From positions 128,001 through 192,000 of the forward strand of contig OZ244958.1 of assembly GCA_965222575.1 (NCBI GenBank): a DNA stretch of 64,000 bases, written 5' to 3'. The notes beneath the pieces are model-generated. The model did no database searches. It had not been told where the DNA came from and saw only the letters and a program-made list of their open reading frames with translations. The position numbers and the translations under genes were made by a program. Source of the DNA: Alphaproteobacteria bacterium (GTDB lineage Bacteria > Pseudomonadota > Alphaproteobacteria > G965222575). This document shows, piece by piece, positions 61,762-64,000 of the stretch (positions within the stretch are counted from its first letter, which is position 1; each line of letters starts with the position of its first letter).

Positions 61762-63606
61762 TTAATCCACTGTGACGGATTTCGCGAGGTTTCTGGGTTT
61801 ATCCACATTTAGTCCTTTGTGCAAGGCAGTGTGGTATGCTAGGAGTTGCAGGAAGGGTGCCATAATGAGGGGTTGTGTCAAGAGATTGCCTTTTGGGAGA
61901 GGAAAGAGAGAGAGATTAGAGAGGTCATGCTGAAAGGTTTCAGGTTGGTCGGAGACGAGGAGGATTTTGCCGCCTCTTGCTTGTGCTTCTTTGAGGTTAG
62001 CGCGAATTTTTTCGCTACTGCCTGTTCCTTCTAGGACAATGACGGGATAGTTTTTTTGCAGGAGTGCGATGGGGCCGTGTTTCATTTCGCCGGCGGGCAG
62101 GCCTTCTGCGTGGATATAAGAGAGTTCTTTGAGTTTTAGGGCACCTTCTAGGGCTAGGGGGTAAAAGATGCCCCGCCCCAAGAATAAGGTATGTTGGGCT
62201 TTATGCAGGAAGGTTTCGGCAAGTGTTTTGATACGATGTTGTTGTGAGATGACGGCTTTGATGTGCGCTGTGCTTTTTTTAATGGAGTTGAGGTAAGTTT
62301 GGAGTTGTGTGCGGGATATTGTTCCTATGGAGTAGGCGTACCAGCACGTGAAGACAGCTAGAGCGGTTAATTGCGCGGTAAAAGACTTGGTACTAGCGAC
62401 AGCGATTTCTTGTCCGGCTTCTGTGAGGATGAGTCCATGGGCTTCGTTGGCCATTTGGCTTTGTGGCACATTGGTGATGACGATACAGGTTTGTCCAGCG
62501 GCTTTACACAGGCGTAAGGAGTGGAGGGTATCGGCTGTTTCGCCGGATTGTGAGACAAAGACTGTCCAGCCATTTTTGAGGAGGGGGGTAGGGGTGAAGC
62601 GGAATTCGCTAGCCATTTCCACGGCTATTTCCCTATGAGCTAGGTGAGCGAACCAGTATTTTGCGCACAAAAGGGCATGATAGGAGCTACCGCATCCTAC
62701 CATGGTGAGGGTAGCGGGGATGGAGGAAGGGGGAGCGGGGGGTTTTAAGAGGGTATTGAGCAGGGGGAGGAAGGGAGGGGGGTGGAGGGTATGGAGTGTA
62801 CGTTTTATAATTGTTGGTTGTTGGAAAATTTCTTTGAGCATGTAGTGCTTGAATCCCTTTTTTTGGGAGCTTTTCATTGTTATAACCGTAAGAGGGGGTA
62901 TCGTTCTTGGTCCTTTTTCTCCCATGATATCCACATGGTTTGGGGATAAAATAGCCATATCTGATGGCTTGAGGACGCGGACGCTTTCATGGAGGGTTGC
63001 AGCAGTATAAGGGTCGGAAGCGAGGAGGGATTTTTTGTCATGACAAGCGACAACTAGAGGGCATCCTTTTTGTAAGCCAAAGATTGTGTCTGGCATATTA
63101 GCAAAGAGTACCGCAATGGCAAAGTCTCCTTTTATGGTTTTTCTGAGATTAGAGATAGCCTCTTGTGGGGTCATACCTTCTTGTAAAGAAAGGTCTAGAA
63201 GGTGTGCAATAATTTCTGTATCGGCTTGGGTATGGAAGGAGTAGTGGTGGTTTTGCAAGTGTTGTTTGAGGTCTTGATAGTTATCCACAATGCCGTTATG
63301 CACGACGGCACAAGAAGGGGTTTTAAGATTTCGTCCACCGAAGTGAGGATGGGCATTACGAACAAAAGGTTTGCCATGAGTAGCCCATCTGGTGTGTCCA
63401 AGACCGATCTGTCCTTTCAGTGGTCGTGTTTTGAGAAGAGCCACGAGTTTATCAACTTTTCCCACGGCGCGACGACGTTGTAAAACGCCCGCATTTAAGA
63501 CAGCAAGTCCAGCGGAGTCATAGCCTCTATACTCCAAACATTTCATACCCTTAAGAATGGTTGGCACAACATTGCCCTGCCCTAGTATTGCGAAGATGCC
63601 ACACAT
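61762..63606 (-). CDS. glmS: Glutamine--fructose-6-phosphate aminotransferase
   Basis: MCGIF, EYRGYDSAG, GHTRWATHG, SQSGET, PRNLAKSVTV. Confidence 0.98.
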   Translation of the reverse strand: MCGIFAILGQGNVVPTILKGMKCLEYRGYDSAGLAVLNAGVLQRRRAVGKVDKLVALLKTRPLKGQIGLGHTRWATHGKPFVRNAHPHFGGRNLKTPSCAVVHNGIVDNYQDLKQHLQNHHYSFHTQADTEIIAHLLDLSLQEGMTPQEAISNLRKTIKGDFAIAVLFANMPDTIFGLQKGCPLVVACHDKKSLLASDPYTAATLHESVRVLKPSDMAILSPNHVDIMGEKGPRTIPPLTVITMKSSQKKGFKHYMLKEIFQQPTIIKRTLHTLHPPPFLPLLNTLLKPPAPPSSIPATLTMVGCGSSYHALLCAKYWFAHLAHREIAVEMASEFRFTPTPLLKNGWTVFVSQSGETADTLHSLRLCKAAGQTCIVITNVPQSQMANEAHGLILTEAGQEIAVASTKSFTAQLTALAVFTCWYAYSIGTISRTQLQTYLNSIKKSTAHIKAVISQQHRIKTLAETFLHKAQHTLFLGRGIFYPLALEGALKLKELSYIHAEGLPAGEMKHGPIALLQKNYPVIVLEGTGSSEKIRANLKEAQARGGKILLVSDQPETFQHDLSNLSLFPLPKGNLLTQPLIMAPFLQLLAYHTALHKGLNVDKPRNLAKSVTVD

Positions 63607-63609
63607 AGC

Positions 63610-64000
63610 TTATGGTTTTTTTGAGGGCTTCAAATATTTTTTCGCTGCCCCTTTCAGGGTTTTTTGTTCTGTGCGCCCAACGGCTAAGGCATTTTCAGGA
63701 ACATTCTTAGTGAGGACGCTACCCGCTGCCGTAAGCGCCCCGCGCCCTATCCGTAAAGGGGCTAAGAGCGTTGAAGAAGCCCCAATAAAAGCACCCGCTC
63801 CAATATGCGTCTGATGCTTATGCCGCCCATCATAATTACAAGTAATCACGCCCGCACCAACGTTGACATTCCCTTCTATTGTTGCATCGCCTAAATAGGA
63901 CAAATGAGACACCTTAGTATTAGCACCTAAGACAGTGTTTTTCACCTCGACAAAATTTCCAATGCGCCCCTGTTTTTTGATTCTACTATCAGGTCTCACG
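63610..64000 (-). CDS. glmU: Bifunctional GlmU, C-terminal acetyltransferase part (partial)
   Basis: IGNFVEVK, HLSYLGDA, ITCNYDG; upstream of glmS. Confidence 0.95.
   Translation of the reverse strand, partial: VRPDSRIKKQGRIGNFVEVKNTVLGANTKVSHLSYLGDATIEGNVNVGAGVITCNYDGRHKHQTHIGAGAFIGASSTLLAPLRIGRGALTAAGSVLTKNVPENALAVGRTEQKTLKGAAKKYLKPSKKP

Overview
64 kb of a divergent alphaproteobacterial chromosome, probably host-associated. The assignment rests on gene neighbourhoods (secG-pyrG, ihfA-merR, prs-rplY-pth-ychF, ispDF-pgpA-cinA, hslVU, an NDUFS4-like gene). Most of the window is housekeeping genes plus three tRNAs. Notable items: (1) a compact ~8.2 kb phage-derived operon at 13.5-21.7 kb. It has a Mu-like head, non-contractile tail genes, a miniature tape measure, an intact tail-chaperone -1 frameshift site, a Mor-like activator and an apparently non-cleavable CI-like repressor. 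It has no terminase, portal, transposase or lysis genes in this window, so it is a candidate domesticated GTA-like particle. (2) Several tandem arrays at convergent gene ends, built from pieces of the neighbouring gene's own 3' end. (3) A 15 x 15-bp 5'-UTR array complementary to its gene's translation-start region. (4) A structured ncRNA candidate after ihfA-merR. (5) A saw-tooth G/C skew that resets every few kb regardless of coding strand. (6) Several intact but catalytically degenerate enzymes (CtpA paralogue, PhoX-like, IscU-like). All family calls are by eye from motifs; no database search was run.
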